The position numbers were made by a program, and so were the translations under genes. This document shows positions 49,037 through 59,040 of a stretch of DNA of 64,000 nucleotides, in pieces (position 1 is the stretch's first letter; each line of letters starts with the position of its first letter). The stretch is taken from the IMG/VR virus record IMGVR_UViG_3300013307_000671, positions 70,909-134,908 of that record; one strand, given 5' to 3'. The notes beneath the pieces are model-generated. The model saw only the letters and a list, made by a program, of their open reading frames with translations. It made no database searches and was not told where the DNA came from. The stretch comes from a virus. Lineage: Duplodnaviria; Caudoviricetes.

Positions 49037-49633
49037 TTAAAGACCTTTCTGTGTCATTCCCACTGGAACAAAATCTACAGGCAAAGCATATTTTTCCGAC
49101 CAGCCCAACGCATTAATCAGATCAGCTATCTCTTCCTTCACTGTCGAGGCAAAGTTATTCTGAATAAAGTTATCAAATGCTTTCTTATGAGGATAGTTCA
49201 TGAACTGAACAGGCATCACAGCTACCGTCTCACTCATAAAATGCTCAGCATCTGCAGCACCCTTCACAGCCTCAACCATACGCTCTGGAGAAACCTCTAC
49301 CGTCATTAAATGCGTTACCCGGCTCTTAGTCTGGTGAGAAGACACCAACCGCGCAGCAGCAATTTCAGCCTCACTTAATGTCAGGCCAATCTCTTCCCGA
49401 CATTCACGGCTTACCGCTTCTTTCAGTGTCTCACCCGACTCAACTTCGCCACCTACAAAACCCTTCACGCCGTCCCAACGCTGCAGCATCAGCACCAATG
49501 GCACCACCGTTTCCCGCGCCTCAGCAGAAAGACCTTCATAATCCTTCCACACCTTACTCTCTGACACCAAAGCCACAAACACCGCTTGCGCCATATTTTC
49601 AGGATTGCTTCCCAACGCGATTGGCTTAATCAT
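49037..49633 (-). CDS. Nudix hydrolase, NUDT16/X29-like
   Basis: Nudix box GGEVESGETLKEAVSRECREEIG preceded by LM.QRWDG..GF; SSH..RV.H and F..N.F motifs as in NUDT16. Confidence 0.85.
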   Translation of the reverse strand: MIKPIALGSNPENMAQAVFVALVSESKVWKDYEGLSAEARETVVPLVLMLQRWDGVKGFVGGEVESGETLKEAVSRECREEIGLTLSEAEIAAARLVSSHQTKSRVTHLMTVEVSPERMVEAVKGAADAEHFMSETVAVMPVQFMNYPHKKAFDNFIQNNFASTVKEEIADLINALGWSEKYALPVDFVPVGMTQKGL

Positions 49634-49736
49634 GAAATACTCCAAATAGGTTAGTCTTTTATCCAGCTATACTTTCATAACATCAGATCAGTATAGCTGC
49701 TAATGACAATACTCGCCAGTCTCTTCTTTCAATCTT

Positions 49737-49931
49737 TTAAAATATATCTTCGTTAGTATCCCACCATGATCCACTACTGCGCCCATAATCCGAACGGCTT
49801 TTTTCCTGGACTTCTTTCACTTTTCTCTGATAATCAGCGTCCTTATTAAACCCACCACGATTGGCCTTTCCTACATCTGCCCATCCATCATGACTCACGC
49901 CATTACGGTCTTTTTTGGATGTCATATACAT
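49737..49931 (-). CDS. small hydrophilic protein
   Basis: RBS GAGGT, motif-bearing promoter. Confidence 0.7.
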   Translation of the reverse strand: MYMTSKKDRNGVSHDGWADVGKANRGGFNKDADYQRKVKEVQEKSRSDYGRSSGSWWDTNEDIF

Positions 49932-50082
49932 TATACTTACCTCTCTATCAAGAAATGGTTTAATCTTATTTTTTCCTACTCAATGAAAAAAGTATACCTT
50001 CAACCAATCTTAATGACAACTCATTTTTGCCTTTTATTATTAACTCGATAAAACAAAAAAGCAGCCCGAAGGCCGCTTTTCT

Positions 50083-50685
50083 TTACTTCTTCTCTTTAAG
50101 CTCAGCCAGACGCTTCTTATACGCCGCCTTTACCTCATCCCAATCAGGCTTATCACTCACCACAGATCGTGGCTCAAAATCAGGATACGCCGCCTTACTT
50201 TCAGCTTGACGCTCTTTCATCACACCTTCCAGATAAGCGAAATCTTGCTGCATCATCTCAAAGGCGTTCGCTTCCAGCACAAAACCATAGGGAGCCAGCA
50301 GCTCTAACAACTCAGGATTGTTCTTCTGAGCCTTAACCACTTTTGCGTATTCCTTCAACGCATAGTCCAGCGCAGCATACAGCTTAGCCAGATACACATA
50401 ACCTACATCGTTGCGCACGATCACATACGCACAGCCGAAATCTTTTAATACACCCATCAGGGCAGATTTCACATTATGCAGATTATCCATATCCTTCGCC
50501 ATCGCATTCAGACGCTTAGTGAACTTCTGCGTCACCTTCTTCTTCTCAATGTCGTTCTCACCCACCGACACAAACTCACTCTCAAATACCGCCTGAGAAT
50601 GCAGCATAAAACGCTCATGACCTACCAGCGCCGCCGCCAACGACAGAACCGCTACCTTCGATGAATCTACAGAAACTTTTGACAT
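50083..50685 (-). CDS. hypothetical protein
   Basis: Start MSKVSV downstream of promoter. Confidence 0.8.
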   Translation of the reverse strand: MSKVSVDSSKVAVLSLAAALVGHERFMLHSQAVFESEFVSVGENDIEKKKVTQKFTKRLNAMAKDMDNLHNVKSALMGVLKDFGCAYVIVRNDVGYVYLAKLYAALDYALKEYAKVVKAQKNNPELLELLAPYGFVLEANAFEMMQQDFAYLEGVMKERQAESKAAYPDFEPRSVVSDKPDWDEVKAAYKKRLAELKEKK

Positions 50686-50879
50686 TGTTTTTTCTCTTTT
50701 AGTTAAATCATAGCCCGCACAGCAAGCTCTCAGTAAAAACGAGTATATCAACAATACGACAACACATCAAGATAAATCTTTAATGACCAGACTCTCTTGA
50801 AAAACTTTTACATCCCTCTTTATTTTTCAACCGATCCATTTCTTAACAAAAAAGCCGCCCGGAGGCAGCTCTTTTAATC

Positions 50880-51107
50880 TTATACTTCTACATATTGTTC
50901 AAATAAATTGCGGTAAACAAGCTTAATATTCCCGCTCTTGTCTTTCAAAATAGCATGACCTTTCTCATCAAATCCTTCAAATGTTACGTTTGAATAAAAA
51001 GCATAACGAACGACCTGACCTACTTTTAATTCAATTTCTTCAGTCTTCGAATTTTTGCTTTTCTTATTACGCACGTTTATTTTAAAAGTCTGAGCTGCAG
51101 TAGTCAT
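50880..51107 (-). CDS. small SH3-like hypothetical protein
   Basis: RBS GAGGTG. Confidence 0.75.
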   Translation of the reverse strand: MTTAAQTFKINVRNKKSKNSKTEEIELKVGQVVRYAFYSNVTFEGFDEKGHAILKDKSGNIKLVYRNLFEQYVEV

Positions 51108-51124
51108 GTTTTCACCTCATCAGT

Positions 51125-51164
51125 TTAATGACAATATTATACCCATTACCATTTCTTAATACAA
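51125..51164 (-). promoter_or_regulatory. sigma70 promoter with motif downstream of -10
   Basis: TTGTAT-17-TATAAT-A-TTGTCATTAA. Confidence 0.8.
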
Positions 51165-51206
51165 GCATTATAAAATATTAAACCACCCGAAGGTGGTTCT
51201 TTTATA

Positions 51207-51413
51207 TTAATGGTATTCTACTTCGCTTACTTTTTCAAAACCCGCCTGAGCAATCGCTTCTTCCATCTGATCAACCGTAACGTTAATCAGTTTCACCCAC
51301 ATATAACCTTCAGCACAATGAATATTCACCGCAAAACCAAGACGAGTCGCACAACGGATATCCTGACCTTCAGGTTTCTTTACCAGGCAACGCAGAACTT
51401 GAGCTTCTTTCAT
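51207..51413 (-). CDS. small hypothetical protein
   Basis: Complete module. Confidence 0.75.
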   Translation of the reverse strand: MKEAQVLRCLVKKPEGQDIRCATRLGFAVNIHCAEGYMWVKLINVTVDQMEEAIAQAGFEKVSEVEYH

Positions 51414-51535
51414 TTTTTAATCTCTCTTTTGTTTCGATAAAAAGAGTATACGCCTATCACGGATTAATGACAACAATTATTTTACTAAATCGATTTCTCA
51501 TTCATAAAAAAACCGCCCGGAGGCGGCTTTTTTAT

Positions 51536-52069
51536 TTATTCCTCACGAATCGCATAAGGATCATCGTTATCCTCTAGCTCATCTTCGTCTTCCTCATCCC
51601 AACGGTCATCATCCCAGCTATCATCATCTTCTTCTTCCTGATCAGACCCATCAGTAACAATGGTCAGATGACCGAATGTAAACGTGCCATCTTCATCACG
51701 GTCAACGCGGAAGTCTTCAGGGAAGAGAATCACCTTCGCATGACCATCAGCATCAAGCTTCTTAGCCTGAGCAATCAAATCCGCCGACAGCAGTTGAACT
51801 ACGCCAAGAATACCCGCATCTACACTGTATTTGTTGCCAATATTATCAGAATACTGACCATCACCATGCGCCGTGTTCGCGTAAAACGCAGAAAATACTT
51901 TACGACGACCCGCCTTGATATCTACAGCTTTACCATCATTATCAAAACCTAACACCAGATCATCATAAACCTTATCGGTTTTGTCCGTCAGTAAATAGCA
52001 CAGATCTCCGACATAATACGTGCCAGCAGGCATCAACGCAGTTTTACGAGCAGTAATCGATACAGTCAT
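51536..52069 (-). CDS. hypothetical protein, family B (PAG.YYVGDLCY...TA.GDG...VDAG..G), acidic tail
   Basis: Three paralogues: 51536, 52176, 56731. Confidence 0.85.
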   Translation of the reverse strand: MTVSITARKTALMPAGTYYVGDLCYLLTDKTDKVYDDLVLGFDNDGKAVDIKAGRRKVFSAFYANTAHGDGQYSDNIGNKYSVDAGILGVVQLLSADLIAQAKKLDADGHAKVILFPEDFRVDRDEDGTFTFGHLTIVTDGSDQEEEDDDSWDDDRWDEEDEDELEDNDDPYAIREE

Positions 52070-52175
52070 TGTCTTCTCCAGTTAAAATAGTCAACACGCC
52101 TATCTCTCAATAGCAATACTATAGCACAACTCTTTATAAAATGACAACAAAAAGGGCTTTTCAGCCCTTTTCTTT

Positions 52176-52595
52176 TTATTCAAAATCCGTGTTAATCCGA
52201 ATATGACCAAACTCAAACACGCCATTACTCGCGTCAACCTCAAATGGTTGAGGAAAATCAATCACCTTACCATTTTTACGCTTATCCAGCGTCTGCGCTT
52301 TTTTCAACAGGCTCTCAGAGGTCAATTGAACCACACCAATCAAACCCGCATCAACACCATACTGATTTTTAAAGTTATCACGGTAAATACCATCACCATA
52401 AGCCGTATGATTGTAAAATGCTAAAAATGGCAGGCGGCGAGGCGCTGTAATCTCAACAACAGCTTCTTCTTTTCCACTGTCGCACACATACTGCTCGTAA
52501 ATCCGATCAGGCAGCAAATAACACAGATCGCCTACATAATACTTACCCGCAGGCAAAACATTACTATCTTGCTCAACCACAGAAATGTTTTTCAT
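52176..52595 (-). CDS. hypothetical protein, family B
   Basis: PAGKYYVGDLCYLL, TAYGDG, VDAGLIG. Confidence 0.85.
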   Translation of the reverse strand: MKNISVVEQDSNVLPAGKYYVGDLCYLLPDRIYEQYVCDSGKEEAVVEITAPRRLPFLAFYNHTAYGDGIYRDNFKNQYGVDAGLIGVVQLTSESLLKKAQTLDKRKNGKVIDFPQPFEVDASNGVFEFGHIRINTDFE

Positions 52596-52673
52596 CGTCT
52601 CTCCCGTCAAAGTGCAGTAGTTTTTATGACTCAATAAACACACTATATCATAACACTTTATTAAATGACAACA

Positions 52674-52919
52674 CTATTTGCTTTTTATTTGCTCTTGCTC
52701 AAGCTTCTCAAAGAATGCATCCATCTGATACATCAGCGTCTCTCCATTGTCTCCATCACCGCCCGTGCGCCAGTCAAAGACGCGCCCATAATCCTCCCTG
52801 TCATGAGCCTTCAGAAACGTCATCAACCGTTCCGACATCGGATGATGAGGCAATCCCTCTCCCCACCGATCCTTATCCGTCAACCCCAACGCTTTCGCCT
52901 TATCGTAATCCTCAGACAC
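52674..52919 (-). CDS. hypothetical protein (W..GGDGDNGE.L.Y..D motif)
   Basis: GTG start, RBS AAGGTG. Confidence 0.75.
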   Translation of the reverse strand: MSEDYDKAKALGLTDKDRWGEGLPHHPMSERLMTFLKAHDREDYGRVFDWRTGGDGDNGETLMYQMDAFFEKLEQEQIKSK

Positions 52920-52927
52920 AGCACACC

Positions 52928-53155
52928 TTACTGATTGTCGTGCAAATACGTAAAGCCGTAGCCCGGCAGATCATCAACTTTCACCGTGCCGTCTTCAACC
53001 AAACTTACCAGACAAGACCACTGCTCTTCCGGCTCATCTTCAGAATCCAGTGAGTTTTTAAAATCATGACGAAAAGACCACATCTGCTCCGCCAGGTCAT
53101 CACCAGAAAGCTTGCGCAACTCTTCCAGACTCATCACTTTTTTCTCAGCAGCCAT
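52928..53155 (-). CDS. small acidic hypothetical protein
   Basis: RBS GAGGG. Confidence 0.75.
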   Translation of the reverse strand: MAAEKKVMSLEELRKLSGDDLAEQMWSFRHDFKNSLDSEDEPEEQWSCLVSLVEDGTVKVDDLPGYGFTYLHDNQ

Positions 53156-53309
53156 TTTCATACCCTCTCGTTTTAAGAATACCATTATAGCAATAATCTA
53201 TATACTTCTCAATCAAAATATGTCCGGTTTTCTATATTTAAAATCAATTAAATCAATCACTTATTATTTATTTTAAACGTAAAAAAGACCTCCTAAGAGG
53301 CCCTTTTAT

Positions 53310-53777
53310 TTACTCTGGTTTTTCCACTTCTACTTCTACCGTTTTCACGGCCTTCACCTTTGGGGTAGTGCATAAATGATAAATAGCATATCCATTTAAT
53401 ACCACGCTCAGCCACAGCAAATAAACCGCCAGGAAGCCCGGATAATACAACACCCCAAACAATCCCAATATTGCTGAGATACGGTTCAACCACGCCCACA
53501 CCACACTTATCTTATGCGGCATCAGCAAGCCCACAAACTTCACGTCGTCAGGCTTAAATCGAGCATACATATCCCTGTATTCTTCCGTCTCGTAGTAAGC
53601 CTTACAGCGCTTCTGACGACGGCCCAACTCAAATGCAAGGAGCGTGGTGATCACACCCAATACACAGTAATCACGATAATAAACCACTACATCATGGTAA
53701 TATGCACTCAACAAACCTAAAACCAGCGCCACTCCACAAAAAATCAGCGAACTTCTCCAGAACGTTTTATCTTTCAT
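53310..53777 (-). CDS. 4-TM membrane protein
   Basis: RBS AAGGAG. Confidence 0.8.
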   Translation of the reverse strand: MKDKTFWRSSLIFCGVALVLGLLSAYYHDVVVYYRDYCVLGVITTLLAFELGRRQKRCKAYYETEEYRDMYARFKPDDVKFVGLLMPHKISVVWAWLNRISAILGLFGVLYYPGFLAVYLLWLSVVLNGYAIYHLCTTPKVKAVKTVEVEVEKPE

Positions 53778-53853
53778 TATCTTCTCCTTTATATTTGTAT
53801 TTTCTCAGCATAACAGAATAACACAAAAATAACAGGCATCACCATTATTCTTT

Positions 53854-54246
53854 TTATTTCAGATTAATTACATGATGATACGCCGCTACACAGTCTACCT
53901 TAGCAAAGCCCAATCCGCTCGGCCTCTGAGGTGAAACATCTACTAAACGCTGCAGCACCGCTTTATACAGATTCGCTTCATCCCCAATAGAGAAATACTC
54001 AGGGCCATGCGGCTTATAAACCTTCTCACCATCATACTCTCCCTGATCCTCATAATATTCCAACTTATACAGCTCAAGCTCAGGGTAAATCTCCGAATGA
54101 TTAACCGTTCGACTCACCGATAAATATTCGCCAAGTCCTGCCGGAATCATTACGCGGATTTCACCCGGCTCACTAAAATACTTCTGCACCCTCATGCACA
54201 AATCTGCAGTGAAGCCTTCTTCCAATACAAATGTCTGCTCATTCAT
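53854..54246 (-). CDS. hypothetical protein
   Basis: RBS GAGG. Confidence 0.75.
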   Translation of the reverse strand: MNEQTFVLEEGFTADLCMRVQKYFSEPGEIRVMIPAGLGEYLSVSRTVNHSEIYPELELYKLEYYEDQGEYDGEKVYKPHGPEYFSIGDEANLYKAVLQRLVDVSPQRPSGLGFAKVDCVAAYHHVINLK

Positions 54247-54275
54247 CTTAAAAACCTCTTTTGAAAAGCTCTCTC

Positions 54276-54431
54276 TTAAAAAACATCAATATCATGATAG
54301 CGGCTCTTTTTAACCTTTAACTCAGATCTTACTTCTATCTGATATTTAATCTCTATTGCAACGTTAATAATCACATATCCGATAAGTAAACCAAATATGC
54401 AAAACATCACAGTATTCTCAGCACTACTCAT
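54276..54431 (-). CDS. 51-aa single-TM protein
   Basis: Manual translation MSSAENTVMFCIFGLLIGY...; RBS GGAGGA. Confidence 0.7.
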   Translation of the reverse strand: MSSAENTVMFCIFGLLIGYVIINVAIEIKYQIEVRSELKVKKSRYHDIDVF

Positions 54432-54475
54432 AAATCCTCCAAGAAAAAGGCCACCCGCAGGCGGCCTCTTTTTTA

Positions 54476-54658
54476 TTAAGCTAACGAATGCTCCTCAAAA
54501 ATCCTGTTATCGACTCGCTCAACCTCGCCAGACAAAAACAACGCCTTAGCATACGCATAAGCCTCATTGTAGCTCTGCTTTACCGTCTTCTCAGCGCCAA
54601 CAGCAACCTGATAAACATGCCCGTCTGACGTGTAATCAATAACCGCAATCTTAGACAT
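54476..54658 (-). CDS. small hypothetical protein
   Basis: Start MSKIA, RBS GAGGT. Confidence 0.75.
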   Translation of the reverse strand: MSKIAVIDYTSDGHVYQVAVGAEKTVKQSYNEAYAYAKALFLSGEVERVDNRIFEEHSLA

Positions 54659-54787
54659 AATCTCTACCTCATTCGTTTCAGTCAAAATATTATATGACAA
54701 TAACTTGTCCAAGCCAAGCTGTTTCTTCCAATAAAAAAGCCACCCGGAGGCAGCTTCTCTTTAACAGGCTATATAATCATTCAATGA

Positions 54788-54982
54788 TTAAGAAAACGTC
54801 TTTGTGATGTATGCAGCTAGCGCCAACGCTTCTTCTTTAGAGAGCGTAAAGCTCGTGTAATCAGTGCCAAAACCTTCCTCAGTATAACCACTCTGCTCAA
54901 GATTAAACTCAACCGTCCGCTTCTCAGCATCCACCGATGCCTCTACCAACGTTTTTTCGTCTTTCTTTACGATCATAGTCAT
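54788..54982 (-). CDS. small hypothetical protein
   Basis: RBS GAGGG. Confidence 0.75.
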   Translation of the reverse strand: MTMIVKKDEKTLVEASVDAEKRTVEFNLEQSGYTEEGFGTDYTSFTLSKEEALALAAYITKTFS

Positions 54983-55098
54983 CGCTAAACCCTCTTCTCT
55001 TTGATAATGCCATTATATGACAACAATAAAATACAAGCAAGACATTTTAATAAACTCTTCCCATAAAAAAGCCCCCGTCAGGAGGCTCTTTTCAAATC

Positions 55099-55413
55099 TT
55101 ATTCTTCATCTTCCTCGTCAACCGGAATGCTAACAGGCAACGCATACAGCACAACGTCATCTTCATCCTGACGCTCACCATAGAAACACGTCGATCCGCT
55201 ATTGTGAACCTCATGGCTCACCGCACGCTCAGTCGCATATCCCGCAGGAGTCGCCATCAGCAGCGCAAGCGCAAGCTTAGCATTTACCAGATCCAAACGG
55301 CCTTCTGGTGTGATAACTCCAGCGCTTTCATCCAGAGCCAATGCAACAATTACCTGAGTGCAACGCTCAATCTGCGCTACTTTCTGTTCCGGCGTTAATA
55401 CAATCTTACTCAT
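55099..55413 (-). CDS. lambdoid Eaa/Ead-like hypothetical protein
   Basis: KLALALL.A.P.GY...LYA.P pattern. Confidence 0.65.
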   Translation of the reverse strand: MSKIVLTPEQKVAQIERCTQVIVALALDESAGVITPEGRLDLVNAKLALALLMATPAGYATERAVSHEVHNSGSTCFYGERQDEDDVVLYALPVSIPVDEEDEE

Positions 55414-55474
55414 CTGAATAATCCTCTCTTTAAAGTCAACAAAGTATAGCCCAGCGCCTTATCAACATCAAGCT

Positions 55475-55792
55475 CTATCGCAATACCATCTCACTTTCCA
55501 TATGGACCAGGATTTTCTCAGCCTGCTCAACCAAGCCCGGATTCAACACCTTCAGCACATCATAAACCTTCTGATCTGCCTTTATCGCCTCAACTAACGC
55601 ATACATCTCCGGCGCAATCACCATAACCTTAGCGTTAGCCTCAAACTCTTTACGTTGCCGCTCGCTGGTGGTATCTTCCATTTCAACCAGAATCTGAGCA
55701 AAAGCTCCATGATCATCACTCGACAAGCTGATATGCCCATCTAACCAGCCTTCGTCCAAATACCACTGCCCTTTTGTGCCTGTAAAGCTCAT
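55475..55792 (-). CDS. phage hypothetical (T.G.W...ANA.L...APE family), cf. 62899
   Basis: TKGQW...EANAKVMVIAPEM. Confidence 0.75.
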   Translation of the reverse strand: MSFTGTKGQWYLDEGWLDGHISLSSDDHGAFAQILVEMEDTTSERQRKEFEANAKVMVIAPEMYALVEAIKADQKVYDVLKVLNPGLVEQAEKILVHMESEMVLR

Positions 55793-55843
55793 TTCTATAT
55801 CCTCAGCAATAATGTGTTTCTATGCCACTATTTTATAATAGCA

Positions 55844-55853
55844 TTGTCATTAA
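55844..55853 (+). promoter_or_regulatory. operator-like motif in inverted orientation within a promoter spacer
   Basis: TTGTCATTAA on + strand inside a minus-strand TTGCTT...TAAAAT promoter. Confidence 0.7.
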
Positions 55854-55894
55854 AAGCAAACAATAAAAAAGCTACCCACAGGTAGCTTCTCTTT

Positions 55895-56032
55895 TTACTG
55901 ATTGTCATACGCCTCAGACAGATCATCTCCGTCTACATTGTATTTCAATACCGCCTTTGTGTGTGCATCAGGATACTCATATCCCTCACGTATCAACGCA
56001 TTTAAATAAACCAACGCTTTATCTATTTGCAT
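55895..56032 (-). CDS. 45-aa hypothetical protein
   Basis: Manual translation MQIDKALVYLNALIREGYEYPDAH...; RBS GAGGTGAG. Confidence 0.7.
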   Translation of the reverse strand: MQIDKALVYLNALIREGYEYPDAHTKAVLKYNVDGDDLSEAYDNQ

Positions 56033-56045
56033 ATCTCACCTCAGC

Positions 56046-56291
56046 TTAGAAACAATCGTAAAGTTTGTTCTGAACGTTCACCAGAGCAATATCAATATTC
56101 GTCATACCTTCCTCATAACGAATCTTACCATTCTTCTCTTTCTTTACATACAACGTAGGATCTTCCATCGCACACAAATGTGCCATGTTGTTGTATTTGT
56201 TAACATGACGGTTAATCGCACTCCAGATGCCAGCACCTTTCTCAATCTCGCGCTTAACGTTGTCTTTCAGAATAGTAAAGTTGCCGCTCAT
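56046..56291 (-). CDS. hypothetical protein, paralogue of 35241-35510
   Basis: RBS GAGGA, shared motifs. Confidence 0.75.
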   Translation of the reverse strand: MSGNFTILKDNVKREIEKGAGIWSAINRHVNKYNNMAHLCAMEDPTLYVKKEKNGKIRYEEGMTNIDIALVNVQNKLYDCF

Positions 56292-56351
56292 GTCCGCTTC
56301 CTCATCAGGTTTTCAAATATTATATGACAACATTAAACGCAGCGCAAGCTT

Positions 56352-56600
56352 TTAATAGCACTCACCAGAAGGATAGTTACTTTCAACTTTTAGCTTGAGC
56401 AACTCTCCTTTAGGGAAACGACCTTTAAGATAAGCAACCGCCTCTTTATACGTCCTAAAACCTAAGTCTTTTGCCAATGAATGCTGACCCGATAAAAGTT
56501 CATAACCTTCACGATACCAGAACAATCCCAGCACCTTATGCTCCACCAAATAAGAAATGCCTTCGCTGCTAGACATCTGCACTACTCGCATCTTTTTCAT
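56352..56600 (-). CDS. hypothetical protein (Y.VE...LGLFW family)
   Basis: RBS GGAG. Confidence 0.75.
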   Translation of the reverse strand: MKKMRVVQMSSSEGISYLVEHKVLGLFWYREGYELLSGQHSLAKDLGFRTYKEAVAYLKGRFPKGELLKLKVESNYPSGECY

Positions 56601-56730
56601 CTCAGACTCCGCCTCTATCGCAATACCTATATTATATGACAATACCAAGTGTTTCTCCACGCTTTTCTTAAAATAAAAAAGCCACCCGCAGGTAGCTCTT
56701 AATCTATTCCATTATAATAACCAACAGTGA

Positions 56731-57228
56731 TTATCTTGTGTTTATCTCAATATCACCAAAGTTAAACACACCGCGTTTCGATGACACCTCAAACGCCTCA
56801 ACAAAATCAATCACCTGACCACTACCTCTCGCCTCCACTGCTCTGGCGCTGGCCTCTAAATCACTATCCGTCAACTCCACTATGCCAATCAATCCAGCAT
56901 CTACAGAATAAGAACGCCCTTGATTATCACTAAATCCACCATCACCATGCGCCGTCATACCAAAATACGCTAAGAAAGAAATATCCTCACATTCAACGAA
57001 ACGCTTCTTCCTGCGATAATCCGTCCCGCAAATATAACCACAAACATAATGGAAATAAATACTTTTCAATACTCCGTAGTTCTCACCTTTATCCAGCAAA
57101 TAACATAAATCACCTACATAATAACGCCCAGCAGGAAATAGCTTATTCGCAGCTTTGATCGACACCGACTTATATTTATCGCTATCGTCAGTTAACTCTA
57201 TCTCTTCCCAATCGTCATATTGACTCAT
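56731..57228 (-). CDS. hypothetical protein, family B
   Basis: PAGRYYVGDLCYLL, TAHGDG, VDAGLIG. Confidence 0.85.
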   Translation of the reverse strand: MSQYDDWEEIELTDDSDKYKSVSIKAANKLFPAGRYYVGDLCYLLDKGENYGVLKSIYFHYVCGYICGTDYRRKKRFVECEDISFLAYFGMTAHGDGGFSDNQGRSYSVDAGLIGIVELTDSDLEASARAVEARGSGQVIDFVEAFEVSSKRGVFNFGDIEINTR

Positions 57229-57252
57229 ACTTTATCCTCTTAGCTGTTAATA

Positions 57253-57963
57253 TTATTCGCCTTTAGCTTTCTTCTCAAAAAATGCCAGACGTTCTACCAT
57301 CTTCGCCTGATAACATGCCCTCGCCTCAGCTTCATCCAAAAACACCTCGTGATACATACAACCATCACTCAGCCCGCCATCATTATCCGTATTTAACTGC
57401 AGCTCCTCACGCTCTCCACCCACATCAAGACGAAACGCCCCGGTAAATCTCACTTTATTACCATTCACCAGACTATACTTGATATCAAAAATCTCTCCTG
57501 TATATAGCCCTTCCTCCAGTAAGTTCTTCTCCAGAACCACCAGATACACCTTATCGCCCACTTTCAGCTCAGGATATTCTATCTCATACGTCTTCTCTTT
57601 ATCCAAATAACTAACCGTACCACTCTCCACATGAGCAAGCTTCTTCCTCAGCCTGCGATCCGCTTCCTCTATCATGCCCTTAGCCACAACATAATCCTGC
57701 CTACGCGCTCCCCATGACAGCAAACGTAATATCACAGGCTTACTCTCATAAGCCGCAACCTCACGCTCCGCATTCTCAGTCTCTTCACGATAACGCTCCA
57801 GCGCCTTACCCCGAAAATCCTCAGCAGCCTCTTCCGCCGTCAAAAAAGCCTCATAAGGGAAATAACCCGTATGGTAATGCTCTTCTACCGCAAAACCCTT
57901 CAACGCATTAATCACAAACACCGTTCCAAACTTTTCTTTCATCTGATCATGTGTGTAAGTCAT
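57253..57963 (-). CDS. hypothetical protein
   Basis: 236-aa ORF, RBS GGGGGA. Confidence 0.8.
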   Translation of the reverse strand: MTYTHDQMKEKFGTVFVINALKGFAVEEHYHTGYFPYEAFLTAEEAAEDFRGKALERYREETENAEREVAAYESKPVILRLLSWGARRQDYVVAKGMIEEADRRLRKKLAHVESGTVSYLDKEKTYEIEYPELKVGDKVYLVVLEKNLLEEGLYTGEIFDIKYSLVNGNKVRFTGAFRLDVGGEREELQLNTDNDGGLSDGCMYHEVFLDEAEARACYQAKMVERLAFFEKKAKGE

Positions 57964-58190
57964 AACATTTCCCCTATTTTATCATTGCCACACTATAACA
58001 TAAAACCATATCAAAATCATCTATCTTTACATTACCTCAAAAACCTAAAATCCATTTCTTTGAAAAACTCTCTCTTAAAAGACAACCACATGCCCGTTTA
58101 TCCGCTGGTGGGCCTAATACCACACCTACTTTCCTATGCCCATAAAAAAAGCCACCCGAAGGTAGCTCTTTTATTCAATACAGCTTTACT

Positions 58191-58451
58191 TTACCACATA
58201 CAACTCACTTCTTCCTGCCCCATCTCTTCGAGAAGCGAATAGTGGGTATAGTTTTGCTCAATATGCCGCTCCGCTTCAGCATACGTATTGAAATCACGAT
58301 TGAACTCATAGGAGCAGTCAAGTTTTTTATCACGCTTCCACCACGAGATCACACCCAAGAAGACACGCTCAACCTCAACCTCATACGTCTTGCTTCCATC
58401 ATAAAAATGACGCTCAACAATACGCACGTTTACTGGCTTCTTCGTTTTCAT
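58191..58451 (-). CDS. hypothetical protein (Y.VE...FLG..SWW family)
   Basis: Complete module. Confidence 0.75.
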   Translation of the reverse strand: MKTKKPVNVRIVERHFYDGSKTYEVEVERVFLGVISWWKRDKKLDCSYEFNRDFNTYAEAERHIEQNYTHYSLLEEMGQEEVSCMW

Positions 58452-58593
58452 CAGATTTCTCTCTCGGTTGACTTCATTTCAATAAAATCAGTATAGCATT
58501 ATAATGACAATAATAAAAGCTTTTAACGGCGACTTAAATGAAAAGGCTCTCTCTTAAAAACAAAAGAGCCACCCGCAGGCAGCTCTTCCAATC

Positions 58594-58908
58594 TTACGCA
58601 GCTTTCGCTGCCTTTTTACGCATCAGACCTTTACAGAATCTCACGCCGTCAAATGTCATCGACACCATTGAGAAGCCAAACAGATCCAAGTTAATCTCAA
58701 TAATATTTTTCGCCTTTAGGTTCATCAGAACGGTATTCAGTTGGTTCGCCTTCAGAATCTTTTCATCAACCAGCACTTCTTTCGGAAAACTCACGTTGCT
58801 CATCTTCTGAGCAAAACCAAATACCGCCTTCAGAACAGTTGTCTCTAAAGCAGAAATGTTAGTAATCATGACTTTCTCTTCTTTCATTACTGAAGTCGCT
58901 GCGCTCAT
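58594..58908 (-). CDS. winged-helix (MarR-like) DNA-binding protein, paralogue of 59607-59882
   Basis: S.LE..VL helix, NQLNTVLMNLKAKNII, wing VSMTFDG. Confidence 0.65.
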   Translation of the reverse strand: MSAATSVMKEEKVMITNISALETTVLKAVFGFAQKMSNVSFPKEVLVDEKILKANQLNTVLMNLKAKNIIEINLDLFGFSMVSMTFDGVRFCKGLMRKKAAKAA

Positions 58909-59040
58909 GATGTTTTCCTTTAAAAGTGATTTAAGTTCGTTCTCTGTCTCAATGAAAACAGTATACCCCTATCATCACTTAATGACAACACTTATTTTCA
59001 GTTATCCATAAAAAAAGCCACCAGCAGGCGGCTTCTCTCT

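Noticed and set aside
58080-58145. GC-richer intergenic stretch as a possible sRNA
   Set aside because: No dedicated promoter or convincing stable structure found
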